Below, piece after piece: positions 10,613-20,626 of a stretch of 64,000 nucleotides of DNA. The notes under the pieces are model-generated. The model searched no databases and was not told where the DNA came from. It saw only the letters and a program-made list of their open reading frames with translations. Made by a program: the position numbers and the translations under genes. The DNA lies in assembly GCA_965261545.1 (NCBI GenBank), contig CBDHDF010000002.1, positions 416,001 to 480,000 on the forward strand, in the 5' to 3' direction. Each line of letters starts with the position of its first letter. Within the stretch, counting starts at the first letter, position 1. The DNA comes from Bdellovibrionales bacterium (GTDB taxonomy: Bacteria; Bdellovibrionota; Bdellovibrionia; Bdellovibrionales; UBA1609).

Positions 10613-11421
10613 GCAAGGAACAGAAAGAAGGAAGGCAAGTCGAAGAGGGAGAAGCACTTGAGCTTGATAGAGTGGCGTCTATTATTGAGAGTATTTTGTT
10701 CTCCACAGATCGTCCCCAAAGTTTTTCCCTGATCAGTCAGGTCTTTCGTGGCACCAATATAAAGACTTCAGATATAAGGAAAGCCATAGAAATGCTCCGA
10801 GTAGATTATGCTAACGGCCTTCGCGGAGTGACTTTGGAAGAGGTCAGTGGTGGCTTTCAGTTGCGAACAAAGGTTGATAATATGGTTTACCTGAAGTCTA
10901 TGTTGAAAATGAAAGCCTTTAAATTGTCGGGGCCAGCTCTTGAGGTACTGTCTATTGTTGCCTATAAGCAACCTTGTGTGAAAATCACAGTGGATGAAAT
11001 TCGTGGTGTGGAGTCGGGCCACCTCATTCGTGGACTTATGGATAGGGGGCTAGTTCGTTTTGCAGGTAAGAGCGAGTTGCCAGGTAAGCCCATGCTTTAC
11101 GCTACGACACAAAAATTTTTAGAAATATTTGGATTGAGAAACCTCAAAGAGCTTCCGAGCTTGGCTGAGATGGACGAACTTTTACCAGAGGGTATTGGTG
11201 AAGTTGATGGTCAAGAGGATCAAAGGCAAAGCCTTACTGATGTGGCAAAAGAACTCGTCCAGACATCAGTCGAGAAAGAGTACTCTCAAAGTGAAAGAGA
11301 ATTAGTGCAAATTACAGAACAGCTAAATACAATAGAGACGACTTCAGAGTTTTTTGAGGAAGAAAAAAGACGTTTAAAGGCAGAGAGGAACGTAGAAAAA
11401 ACTTTGGATAACCCAAGGTAA
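10609..11421 (+). CDS. scpB: Segregation and condensation protein B
   Basis: IESILF, GGFQLRT, LE.LSIVAYKQP, IRGV.S, YATT.KFL..FGL. Confidence 0.95.
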   Translation: MSKEQKEGRQVEEGEALELDRVASIIESILFSTDRPQSFSLISQVFRGTNIKTSDIRKAIEMLRVDYANGLRGVTLEEVSGGFQLRTKVDNMVYLKSMLKMKAFKLSGPALEVLSIVAYKQPCVKITVDEIRGVESGHLIRGLMDRGLVRFAGKSELPGKPMLYATTQKFLEIFGLRNLKELPSLAEMDELLPEGIGEVDGQEDQRQSLTDVAKELVQTSVEKEYSQSERELVQITEQLNTIETTSEFFEEEKRRLKAERNVEKTLDNPR

Positions 11422-11476
11422 AAAAATAAAGCAAGATAAAATTTGAACTTGCTCCATGTGATTTGATTGAATCCGC

Positions 11477-11497
11477 AACGCCTCATACAGAGGCGTT
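11477..11497. terminator. Hairpin between convergent scpB and the LuxR-type gene
   Basis: AACGCCTC-ATACA-GAGGCGTT stem-loop. Confidence 0.45.
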
Positions 11498-11558
11498 TCA
11501 GTGGGATTTGTTTCTTCTTGGTAATCTAAGCAATGACAAGTTTTGCTCAACAAGTGAA

Positions 11559-11957
11559 CTAACTGTTAAAACCCGTCCTATTGTTACTCGTGCGTCCCCC
11601 AGGCGTGTTTCCCTGAGGATTTTGCGTGTTGCTAGCAACCGTGCTGTGTCCAACAGGAATGGTGTTCTCTGTTACATGAGGAGTAGGTGGCACTGGAGTT
11701 GCATTAGCATTGCTTTGCATAGATGCATTTGTCTCCCTTTCAATAAAGTCCATATGTGGCAAACACCAGACAATAAGTTGAGCACGAGACTTCACGCTCA
11801 TTTTCTTATAGATATTTGTCAAATGGAACTTGACGGTCTTTTCTGTTACAAAAAGCTGGCTTGCCACTTCCTTGTTGGACAGACCTTGTGTCACCAATTC
11901 TGCAACTTCGGCTTCTCTATTTGATAAGCCCTTTTGTATTAAGACATCTTTGAGCAT
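11559..11957 (-). CDS. LuxR-family helix-turn-helix regulator (stand-alone HTH with low-complexity tail)
   Basis: LSNREAEVAELV.QGLSNKEVA..LFVTEKTVKFHLTNIYKK. Confidence 0.92.
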   Translation of the reverse strand: MLKDVLIQKGLSNREAEVAELVTQGLSNKEVASQLFVTEKTVKFHLTNIYKKMSVKSRAQLIVWCLPHMDFIERETNASMQSNANATPVPPTPHVTENTIPVGHSTVASNTQNPQGNTPGGRTSNNRTGFNS

Positions 11958-12401
11958 CCTTGCTCCCTCCCCCAATACATGGATTAATGAGTTGATTTTT
12001 TATCTTTGGCCGATGGTATCGGCCTCCTGCTATCTATATAAAAGTCTGTCAGGGTTTTTTATGAAGTGCAAGTCTAAATAAATTTCCATAAAAATTCTGG
12101 ACTGAACTCTCGCAGGGGGGACAAAGAGAGGGGGTGATGGTACAAACAAATTAAGATAAAACTTTTAAGTATCTATATATATTATTTTTTTAAAGAACAG
12201 AAAAATATTATGCATAATGTCTAAATTATTCAACGCTTTGGGTCCAAAAGGTATTTTTTCCTTTTTTTAATAAATTAATCTAATGGTCTAGTTTAAATTA
12301 TTCTAATCATTCGCCCTAAATATCCAAGGGTTGTCACATAAATTGCTTATTTTTCAAGCAACCTATTCAAGTCATCTATAGGTCATTTATTAAGAATAAA
12401 T

Positions 12402-14987
12402 TTACAAGAAGTCTTTTTGCCACTTGGATATTTGATTGAGAGCTTCTAGGGGAGTTAAGCCATGGATGTCAAAATTGCGAAGAGCTTCGAGCCATTCATG
12501 ACCTTTATTTGGTGGGGTTTCATTTGAGGTTTCTTTATTGTCGCTATTGTAGTTATTACAGTGAGACTCTTCACTTTGGCTTTCAGTCAGCGAAAGTTGT
12601 TGGCTTCCAGGATGGATAGGGCCAATTTCTAACTTTTGGAGAAGCAAAGAGGCACGGCGAATGACCTTTTGAGGTAATCCGGCAAGTTTTGCAACTTGGA
12701 TGCCATAGGATTTATTGGCAGGGCCTTGCATTAAAGTATGAAGAAAGTGAATATCCCCTCCCTTTTCTCGTATGGACATATGGCCATTGCGAACTTGTGG
12801 ATAGCGATGGCTCAAGGAGGTGAGTTCATGGTAGTGGGTTGCAAAGAAGGTCATAGCTCCCTTTTGGGTGACAAGAAACTCTAAAATAGCTTGGGCAAGG
12901 CTCATTCCATCGTAGGTACTTGTTCCACGGCCGACCTCATCTAAAATGACAAGAGAATCTTTGTTGGCGTGTTTAAGCATTTCTGCTGTTTCTTGCATCT
13001 CCACCATAAAGGTCGATAAACCTTCTGTGAGTGAATCACTGGCTCCAATGCGTGTGAAAATTTGATGAAAAGTAGGGAGAACAGCTTTTTCAGCGGGGAC
13101 AAAAGAGCCTATTTGAGCAATGAGAACCGTGGCGGCGACTTGGCGCATGAGTGTGCTTTTTCCTGCCATATTGGGGCCCGTGAGCATAAGACATTCTCCA
13201 GACTTTAAAGTCACATTGTTGGGAATAAAAGGACTTTTCATGGCTTGCTCCACCACAGGGTGGCGGGAAGCTTGTAGCTCTAAAGAAGAATTTTTTGAAA
13301 ACTGAGGTCGCTTGTAATTATATTCTTGAGCGAGGGCGGCCAAGCTACTTAAAACATCGAGTTCACTCCATGTTCGACTCAGCAAAAGCAACTCGGGAAT
13401 GAGATTTAAAGTCTCCTTTCGTAGAGCTGCAAAAATAGCTTGTTCTTTTTCCATGCGTTTGACCTTAGCCGATAAAATTTTATCTTCCAGCTCTTGCAGC
13501 TCTTGGGTCACATACCTTTCAGCTTGAGTGAGTGTTTGTTTTCGTTTGTAGTGATCGGGGATTTTGGCTTTGTGGGTGTGGGTGACTTCAATATAGTAAC
13601 CAAACACATTGTTGTAGCGAATCTTCAAAGATGGAATTCCCGTGGCTAACTTTTCTTGATTTTCCATTTGGAGGAGAAGCTCCTGGCCGGCTTCGGAAAG
13701 CTCAATGAGCTTGTCCAAGTCGCGATCCACACCTTGGCGAATAGCTCCTCCCTTGTTTAAATTTGCTGGGGCTTCTTCACAAAGGGTCGCCTCTATTTTT
13801 TTCACCAATGTTTCGGTCACCTGAAGGGAGGTGGATTCTATTTTTCCCTGGGCACAGAAAGGGCTGATGGCAAGGCCCGTTCGAAGAGAGTCCGCCAATG
13901 ATAGGAGGTCCCGGGGGTGACACTGGGGGAGGCTTATCTGGCCCAATCGCCTTTCAATATCTCCCATTTCTCCAAGAACTTGGCGTAGCTTTTTAAGCTC
14001 TAAGTGACGATCATACCAAGTTTGCACCTCATCTTGACGATGGGAAATCTCTTTGACATCAGTGAGGGGAAAGTGGAGCCAGTTTTTTAGAAGTCTAGCT
14101 CCTGCGGATGTCTTGGTTCGGTTGATGGCATAAAACAGGCTTCCCTTGGAGATTCCACGATAGGTGCAGAAAATTTCAAGGTGGCGTATCACTGTGGGTT
14201 GAAGTTCCATCACCCTGTGCAACTGTCTTAGCTCAAAGGATGAAATAGATTTATAGATATCCTCCCCCTTCATATAGTGGGCGTAACTTATAAGCCTTTG
14301 GGCAGAGAAGGGAAGTTTTTTGAATTCAGAAGGAAGATTTTCATTCACTTCGTGGGGTGAGATATGGTAGTGGCCCATTTCTTCTGTAAAACACTGGGCT
14401 TTCATAGCTTGTGAAAGCACGAGTTCCACAGGTTGGAGGCTTGTAAGAAGTCTTTCTCGAAGCTGATTCCTTTTGTCAGAGGACTTTTTGCTAAAAGGCT
14501 CTTTGTTAGAGGGTTCTAGGCTCGGGGTCGCAGGTTCTAGGTAGTAAAAAGCCTCCCCTGTGGATGTTTCTAGGAAGCTGATAGAGTCGTTGTCGAAACT
14601 ACAAAGATAGTTGGCTTTTAGTTCATCCAAGGTTTTGGGATCGTAGACCATACCAGGGCTGAGGATGCGGGTCACCGCTCTTTTGACAAGACCTTTGGCT
14701 TCTTTGGGGTCTTCAACCTGGTCACAAATGGCCACCTTGTGGCCAGCGGCGAGGAGCTTGCCAATGGGGGCTCCAACACTGTGGTGGGGCATTCCGCACA
14801 TCTTGGTTTCGTCCTTGGCCTTTTTGTTTCTTTGGGTGAGGGCGATATTCAGGAGAGGAGCGGCAATTTCAGCATCTTTGTGGAAGATTTCAAAAAAATC
14901 TCCCATGCGAAAAAGGAGAATTTTATCTTGGTGTTGGTTTTTAATCCTCCAGTACTGCTCCATTAAAGGTGTTTGTTTGGCTGTCAT
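12402..14987 (-). CDS. mutS: DNA mismatch repair protein MutS
   Basis: TPLMEQY, FRMGDFFE, TGPNMAGKST, DEVGRGTST, FATHYHEL, SYGIQVA. Confidence 0.97.
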   Translation of the reverse strand: MTAKQTPLMEQYWRIKNQHQDKILLFRMGDFFEIFHKDAEIAAPLLNIALTQRNKKAKDETKMCGMPHHSVGAPIGKLLAAGHKVAICDQVEDPKEAKGLVKRAVTRILSPGMVYDPKTLDELKANYLCSFDNDSISFLETSTGEAFYYLEPATPSLEPSNKEPFSKKSSDKRNQLRERLLTSLQPVELVLSQAMKAQCFTEEMGHYHISPHEVNENLPSEFKKLPFSAQRLISYAHYMKGEDIYKSISSFELRQLHRVMELQPTVIRHLEIFCTYRGISKGSLFYAINRTKTSAGARLLKNWLHFPLTDVKEISHRQDEVQTWYDRHLELKKLRQVLGEMGDIERRLGQISLPQCHPRDLLSLADSLRTGLAISPFCAQGKIESTSLQVTETLVKKIEATLCEEAPANLNKGGAIRQGVDRDLDKLIELSEAGQELLLQMENQEKLATGIPSLKIRYNNVFGYYIEVTHTHKAKIPDHYKRKQTLTQAERYVTQELQELEDKILSAKVKRMEKEQAIFAALRKETLNLIPELLLLSRTWSELDVLSSLAALAQEYNYKRPQFSKNSSLELQASRHPVVEQAMKSPFIPNNVTLKSGECLMLTGPNMAGKSTLMRQVAATVLIAQIGSFVPAEKAVLPTFHQIFTRIGASDSLTEGLSTFMVEMQETAEMLKHANKDSLVILDEVGRGTSTYDGMSLAQAILEFLVTQKGAMTFFATHYHELTSLSHRYPQVRNGHMSIREKGGDIHFLHTLMQGPANKSYGIQVAKLAGLPQKVIRRASLLLQKLEIGPIHPGSQQLSLTESQSEESHCNNYNSDNKETSNETPPNKGHEWLEALRNFDIHGLTPLEALNQISKWQKDFL

Positions 14988-15375
14988 AATTTCTTTCAAG
15001 TAACACAAAGTCCTTTCTAAAGGCAAATGAGTTTTTATGGGTTTCTTGGATGCGTACCTCATGCAAGAAAGAGCCTAGCTCCGTTTGAGAAAGCTTTTGA
15101 AAAAAAATGTAACATAATATTTCACCAGTTGTTATTTCAAAGTGCTTATTGAGAAGGCTTTTGTCATATGGTCTCACAAGGGTTTTGTGAACAATATCAT
15201 TCATTTTATGGCGGTCCAAGAGCAAACCACTGTCTAGGTCAACCTTGCCTTTACAGGTGACTTCAACTTTGTAATCGTGACCATGGATATTCTTTTCTTT
15301 GTCGGTGAAATTTTTGTGTCCCGAAATCTGATGTATGGCTCTGATGGTGTATCTTTGGGTGAGATGTATTTTCAT
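14941..15375 (-). CDS. 6-carboxytetrahydropterin synthase / PTPS family protein
   Basis: HGHDYKVEV, TTGE, VRIQET; TGATG overlap with the upstream paralogue. Confidence 0.8.
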   Translation of the reverse strand: MKIHLTQRYTIRAIHQISGHKNFTDKEKNIHGHDYKVEVTCKGKVDLDSGLLLDRHKMNDIVHKTLVRPYDKSLLNKHFEITTGEILCYIFFQKLSQTELGSFLHEVRIQETHKNSFAFRKDFVLLERNYDSQTNTFNGAVLED

Positions 15376-15890
15376 CAGAGTAGATTTCCATATTCGACCC
15401 AAAGGTCATCGTTTTCAAATAACCTCACCTTGTGTAAGCGAATGGAGAAAATGTTTCTACAGTCATCATTACTGTCACTGTTACTACTACTGCCACTGCT
15501 ACTATTATCACTGTAGGAGATTTTTTCATGGAGTTGTTCAAAGCAATATCTTGCAATGTTTTCAGTGGTGGGAACCTGGGTTTTGAATTCTTCCACATCG
15601 TCGTTAAGGTATTGGTGGTCTAGGGGCCTTACGACTTCATTTAATAGGATATCCACATCTTTAAGGTTGATAATCATGCCTGTTTCAGGGTTGACGGAGC
15701 CTTCAATATAGGCGTCTAAAATATAGTTGTGCCCATGGCCGTGTTCACTATAGCAAAGCCCAAAGATTTTTTGATTTTTTTCTTTGCTCCAATTTTTATT
15801 GAAATAACGGTGGCCGCAACTAAAGTGCACTCTTCTTGCAAGAAGGGACCTCATGGGTTTTATGGAAAGGGGGTTGGTGTGAGTTTTCAT
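15375..15890 (-). CDS. 6-carboxytetrahydropterin synthase / PTPS family protein
   Basis: FSCGHR, C...HGHGHNY, GMIINL, LDHQYLN, PTTENIA, VRLFE. Confidence 0.88.
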   Translation of the reverse strand: MKTHTNPLSIKPMRSLLARRVHFSCGHRYFNKNWSKEKNQKIFGLCYSEHGHGHNYILDAYIEGSVNPETGMIINLKDVDILLNEVVRPLDHQYLNDDVEEFKTQVPTTENIARYCFEQLHEKISYSDNSSSGSSSNSDSNDDCRNIFSIRLHKVRLFENDDLWVEYGNLL

Positions 15891-16606
15891 GCGATGCTGA
15901 TGCCTCCATCAATGGTCATGATGGAGCCAGTGACCCACTGGGCATTGATGAGGTATTGGGTCATTTCGGCCACCTCTTGGGGGGAGCCTATTCTTCCAAG
16001 GGGGTGAAGTTTATGGACCTCTTGGAGTTGGTTTTCAGGAAGACCATAAAAGCTATGAATGGGTGTATTGACAATGCCAGGGCAGATACAGTTGACCCGG
16101 ATGCCATGGGAGGCCCACTCCTGAGCTAGGCTTTGAGTCCACATCACCATGGCTGCTTTGATGGAGGAGTAGGCGGAGAGGTTGGGCACAGGGCGTAGAG
16201 CTGCCGATGATGCAATATTGATGACGGTGGGGGAGGTGGCTTGCTGGAGTTGGGGGAAAAAAGTGCGAGTGAGCCTTACAGGCCCCATCATATTGATCTG
16301 CCATTGTCGATCCCACTCTTCATCGGATGTATTTTCAAAGCTTGCTCTTGAAAACACCCCCGCATTATTGATGAGGACATCAATGGGTTGATTTCCCACG
16401 GCTCTCACCAATGGGGTCATATCTGCTGATGAGGATAAATCACAGCTTACAGCTTTGGAAGAAGAGCCAATCTCTTGGCAAACTTGTTGGAGCCTTTCAG
16501 TATTTCTCCCCGTGAGAATGAGCTGGTAGTTGCCTTGTTGGCCAAGGAGTTTGGCCATGGCCGCCCCCAAACCACTACTTGCCCCTGTGATAAGTGCTAT
16601 TTTCAT
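15887..16606 (-). CDS. SDR-family oxidoreductase
   Basis: TGASSGLG, NNAG, YSSIK, RVNCICPG. Confidence 0.93.
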   Translation of the reverse strand: MKIALITGASSGLGAAMAKLLGQQGNYQLILTGRNTERLQQVCQEIGSSSKAVSCDLSSSADMTPLVRAVGNQPIDVLINNAGVFSRASFENTSDEEWDRQWQINMMGPVRLTRTFFPQLQQATSPTVINIASSAALRPVPNLSAYSSIKAAMVMWTQSLAQEWASHGIRVNCICPGIVNTPIHSFYGLPENQLQEVHKLHPLGRIGSPQEVAEMTQYLINAQWVTGSIMTIDGGISIA

Positions 16607-17297
16607 GGGGAGAATCATGATTATAAAATGAAACGATGTCAATATTTATCGTCTTTTTGTGACCCAGAAGGGTCAGGGAGCAGCAGAAGGTTTGAGGTAC
16701 ACCTTATTATGGATGTGTGATGTGTGGGAGTGTGTGGTGGATCTGTATTATGGCTCGACTGAGTATGCCATATGTGATCCAATACTTTATTTTGACGGAC
16801 TTTTCATGGGTTCCTTTGACCTCGAAGCAATTTTTATGATTTTATCCTGACTGAGTTTAAGTTGTTGAGAGTGATATTTTGATTAGCAAGGTGTGTCGAG
16901 GTGAAGTGAGTGAGAAAAGGATGACTGATTCTCTCTGTTTGGTTTGCTCTCCCGCCTGGTGGTCAAGAAATTAAGAGCACTTGAGATTTCCAAGTTCTCT
17001 TGGGAGGATAATTTCGCTGTATCTGATTTGATGGATTATTTTTGGAAGCCTAGTTCCTGGCATTTAAAGCAGGAGATCCTCCCACAGGTGGTGGCTACTT
17101 GCTTGAATCGACGCAACATCCTGTTGCGGATCTTTCAGTCTCGGGCTCCTGCCCTCGCCCCTCAGCCCCAGGGGGCTTTCGGGTACGACTGAAAGATTCT
17201 TAGTCTCGATTCCACATTGAGAGGAGATTGAGAGGAGCGTCCTATCCAGTGGGACTTTATTTGGCCCCTCAGGGAGAATAACTACCGACCATGTAGT

Positions 17298-17840
17298 TTA
17301 AATAAGTTCTGTGGCGGCTTGGCGAACATGTTCTTCTGTAATTTGTTCTTCAGAAGCTTTCATACATGCAATCAATGAACCTCTGGCAATCAAATTGGCT
17401 TTTCTTAGCAAGCCTCCAGAGCCCTGCCAAATGGCTGTGACAGCATTATCTGTCATGAGTTTATTCTTGATTCCAGAGATTTTAAGGTGATGATCTAGAT
17501 AATTTCTCATATTTTCTTCATTAAGAGCTGGTAGGTGAGCGTGGGTCATCACACGAGAAGCCAAGGGCAGAGAAGTTCTATACTTCAATTTATCAAGAAG
17601 GTTATTCTGTCCCACCAAAATAAGTGAGAATCTTTTTTCAGAATCAAAGTTGAATTGGTTAATCGTATGCAATTCAGCAAAGACATCGACTCTCAATAAG
17701 GATGCCTCATCAATGATAACCACAATTTTATTTCTTTGTTGTTCTAATATTTCTGAGATGGCTTCTTTGAATTCCTTAAGAAGGAAGGACCTATGGTTTC
17801 CTCTTAAATTTAAATTTATACTCCAACACAATTGTCTATA
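17298..17840 (-). pseudogene. ExeA-like AAA ATPase, N-terminus lost at an ISNCY insertion
   Basis: Walker B IIDEA, LILVGQ, SGG.LRKAN; Walker A missing. Confidence 0.75.
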
Positions 17841-19990
17841 TAGTTCCTGTCCAGGGAAGAAAGTTAAGTAGTTTTAAGTATTTACATGCCTTCCCTTTAG
17901 ATTTTATGCTTTAAAATGGAGTCCATCAAACATAATCCGTGTAAATTCAGTTACTTACATAAAACGGAAAAATAAAATAAGTTCCCCCCCCCTCTCTTGA
18001 CGAACCTTTCACAGCCCCTCCCTTTCAGTGACTTATGTGGCTATCAACTGGTTACTTGATATGAGAGGAAGAGTTGGATCAACCTGTGTTTCCACCGTGG
18101 TGATTTCAAACCTCCTTCAGGGAAATAACATTACGTTGCGCATCAACTTCAAAAAATACTTGACGTGTTTTTTCAGAGAAATAATTTTTGATATTTTATT
18201 CTTCATTTATTTTTTATGTAGGTTTTAGGAGGCGTGGGAACCTCTCTATGAGGTAGAATTCTTATCCATGTTCTCCGAGAACCTCTCTGATTTTTTTCTT
18301 CTTAAAAGACATCCTTGCTCACTTTTTTCCCTCAAAAAAACGTATGTTAATATAAAAATTAAAGAGAAACTTTCACCAAAGGGGGGACTATGCGCCATTT
18401 GAAGAAGACACAGTTGGGACTCTTTTCCCAATATCCTAACCACCAACTCAGTACAGAATTGCAGCAAATTAATAACATCATTGATCGCCATCCAGAGTTT
18501 GCCCATATGGTTCATGAAGACCTTGTTAAAGAAAAGAAAGATTCTGGTGATATTGGTATGACATCGGAGCAAGTTCTCAAGGTGGCTATTCTTAAATCCA
18601 TAAGAGGTCTTTCCTATCGTGCGTTAGCCTTTAATCTTGTCGATTCAGTATCCACCAGAGCTTTTCTGGGCCTTGAATTGGAAGAAAATTACGCTCACTC
18701 CACCTTACAGGACTTGATTGTTCAAATAAGTGAAGAAACTTGGGGAATTATTAGCGCCTCTTTAGTTTCAGATGCAAGAGATCAAAAGATTGAGCCGTGT
18801 AAGAAAATGAGATTGGACAGTACAGTGACGAAATCAAATATTCATCATCCAACGGATGCATCGCTTTTATATGACTGCATAAGAGTTACAGAAAGAGAAT
18901 TTAAAAAAGTTCGTAAAAATGTCATGAAAGATTTTTGGCGACTTATTTCAAGAGAAGATCTTAAGAGAGCAAAAACCTTTCTTTACAAAATTAATAATTC
19001 CAAAAATGATGCGGAAAGACTACCTTGCTATAAGGAGCTTTTAAAAATCGCTACCAAATTGAACAAAGGATTACCTGATACCATCAGAAAGATAAAAAAA
19101 GAACAAAAATGTGTGAAGATGAATGCTTTGAAAAAGAGTCTAAAACAGTTAGAAAATGTTGCCTTCTACCTGGAAAAAATCATCTTTCAAACTCAAAAAA
19201 GAGTTATTGAGGGGAAAAAAGTATCTTCTGAAAAAAAGGTCCTATCCATCTTTGAACCGCATACAGACATTATTGTAAAGGGGCAAAGAGAAGTCGAGTT
19301 TGGGCATAAAATCTTTCTGACCTCAGGGCAAAGCAACATGATTTTAGATTGTCAGATCCCTGATGGCAACCCCGCAGACTCTGATATGTTTTTAAAAGTT
19401 ATGAATTCAGTGACACAAACCTATGGGGCTTGCCCTGTAAAAGTAAGTGCAGATGGTGGGTTTGCTTCAAAAGAAAATCTTGAAGAGGCCAAAGAGATGG
19501 GGGCTAAAGATGTTTGCTTCCCAGAAAAAAAAGGAATGAAAATATTAAAGATGGTTAAAAGTGCTTGGGTCTTTAAAAATCTTCTCAATTGGAGAGCCGG
19601 AATAGAGGCTGTTATTTCATTCCTTAAGAGATGTTTTGGTATGAGAGTTGCTTACTGGAAAGGGCATGATGGTTTTAAGAGGTATGTAAAGAATGCCGTT
19701 TGTGCCTATAATTTTGTTGTCTTGGCAAGACATGAATTATCAACTGTCACCTAAATTTATCCATTAGGAATAACAGCAATGGACCAGGTCGAAGGTGCTA
19801 AAATCTTCCAAAGGTAGGGGTGCGTCTTCAAATCGAAAAAACTAGGGCGCAAGTCGCTTAAAGACCTTTTTCCCCTTAATCTGTAGAGTTTGTGTGGCAA
19901 ATCTCCAACTCTCACTCCCCCATTGAGGCATTGGGAGGCTCAATGGGGAGTGTCAGAGAACAAAAAATGGGCCTTTCTGGACAGAAACTA
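17841..19990 (+). mobile_element. ISNCY (IS5-like) element
   Basis: Terminal inverted repeats TAGTTCCTGTCCAG / CTGGACAGAAACTA; no clear target-site duplication; hairpin near 19914-19951. Confidence 0.65.
18390..19754 (+). CDS. ISNCY-family DDE transposase
   Basis: RLDSTV...NI.HPTD..LL, SIFEPHTDII.KG...EFGHK, ADGGF, RAGIE..IS.LKR. Confidence 0.9.
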   Translation: MRHLKKTQLGLFSQYPNHQLSTELQQINNIIDRHPEFAHMVHEDLVKEKKDSGDIGMTSEQVLKVAILKSIRGLSYRALAFNLVDSVSTRAFLGLELEENYAHSTLQDLIVQISEETWGIISASLVSDARDQKIEPCKKMRLDSTVTKSNIHHPTDASLLYDCIRVTEREFKKVRKNVMKDFWRLISREDLKRAKTFLYKINNSKNDAERLPCYKELLKIATKLNKGLPDTIRKIKKEQKCVKMNALKKSLKQLENVAFYLEKIIFQTQKRVIEGKKVSSEKKVLSIFEPHTDIIVKGQREVEFGHKIFLTSGQSNMILDCQIPDGNPADSDMFLKVMNSVTQTYGACPVKVSADGGFASKENLEEAKEMGAKDVCFPEKKGMKILKMVKSAWVFKNLLNWRAGIEAVISFLKRCFGMRVAYWKGHDGFKRYVKNAVCAYNFVVLARHELSTVT

Positions 19991-20287
19991 AATAGGTTCT
20001 TTTTTGGCGAGATTGTTTTTTCTTTGAGTCCCAATAGCCGTGTATCTCATAAACGTAAATTTTACCGTTTCTCTTTTGCTCATGTAAATAAGACATTGTT
20101 ACCAATGGTAACAAGGATTTTGAATTCTTTCAATTCAAAAGAGGTCTGAAACTGCGTTATATTTGTTCTGAAGTCAGATTCTAGACTTTAAACCTAAACC
20201 TTGTTACCATTTTTGTAGAATTCAGGTTATATATCATCCAATAATACAATAATATCCTTATTCACTCATTATAGAGAGCAGTCAAAG

Positions 20288-20626
20288 ATGCCAAAATCTG
20301 TACCCCGGACTTATTCACGTTATACCGAAGAAGCTTTGAAGCTGATGGCCGGACTTATCCGCACAGCCAGACTTGAACGCAAACTCAGCGCTCAAGCAGT
20401 CGCCGAGCGCACTGGCATATCTCGAAGTATGCTCCAGCGTATTGAAAAAGCTGATATGAAGTGTGAGATTGGTGCAGTGTTTGAAGTGGCCACTATTGTC
20501 GGGGTCAGGTTATTTGGCCACGAAGGCTCCTCTTTGTCCAAACATATCAAGCAAACCCAGGATAAACTTACTCTGCTTCCCCAAAAAGGGCGCAAAACAA
20601 TAAAAGTGGTCGATGATGACTTCTAA
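20288..20626 (+). CDS. HipB-like XRE helix-turn-helix antitoxin
   Basis: IRTARLERKLS...VAERTGISRS.LQRIEK; overlaps the HipA gene. Confidence 0.8.
   Translation: MPKSVPRTYSRYTEEALKLMAGLIRTARLERKLSAQAVAERTGISRSMLQRIEKADMKCEIGAVFEVATIVGVRLFGHEGSSLSKHIKQTQDKLTLLPQKGRKTIKVVDDDF

Noticed and set aside
16850..17297. Possible small genes downstream of the ExeA-like ATPase
   Set aside because: No supported frame or recognisable motif
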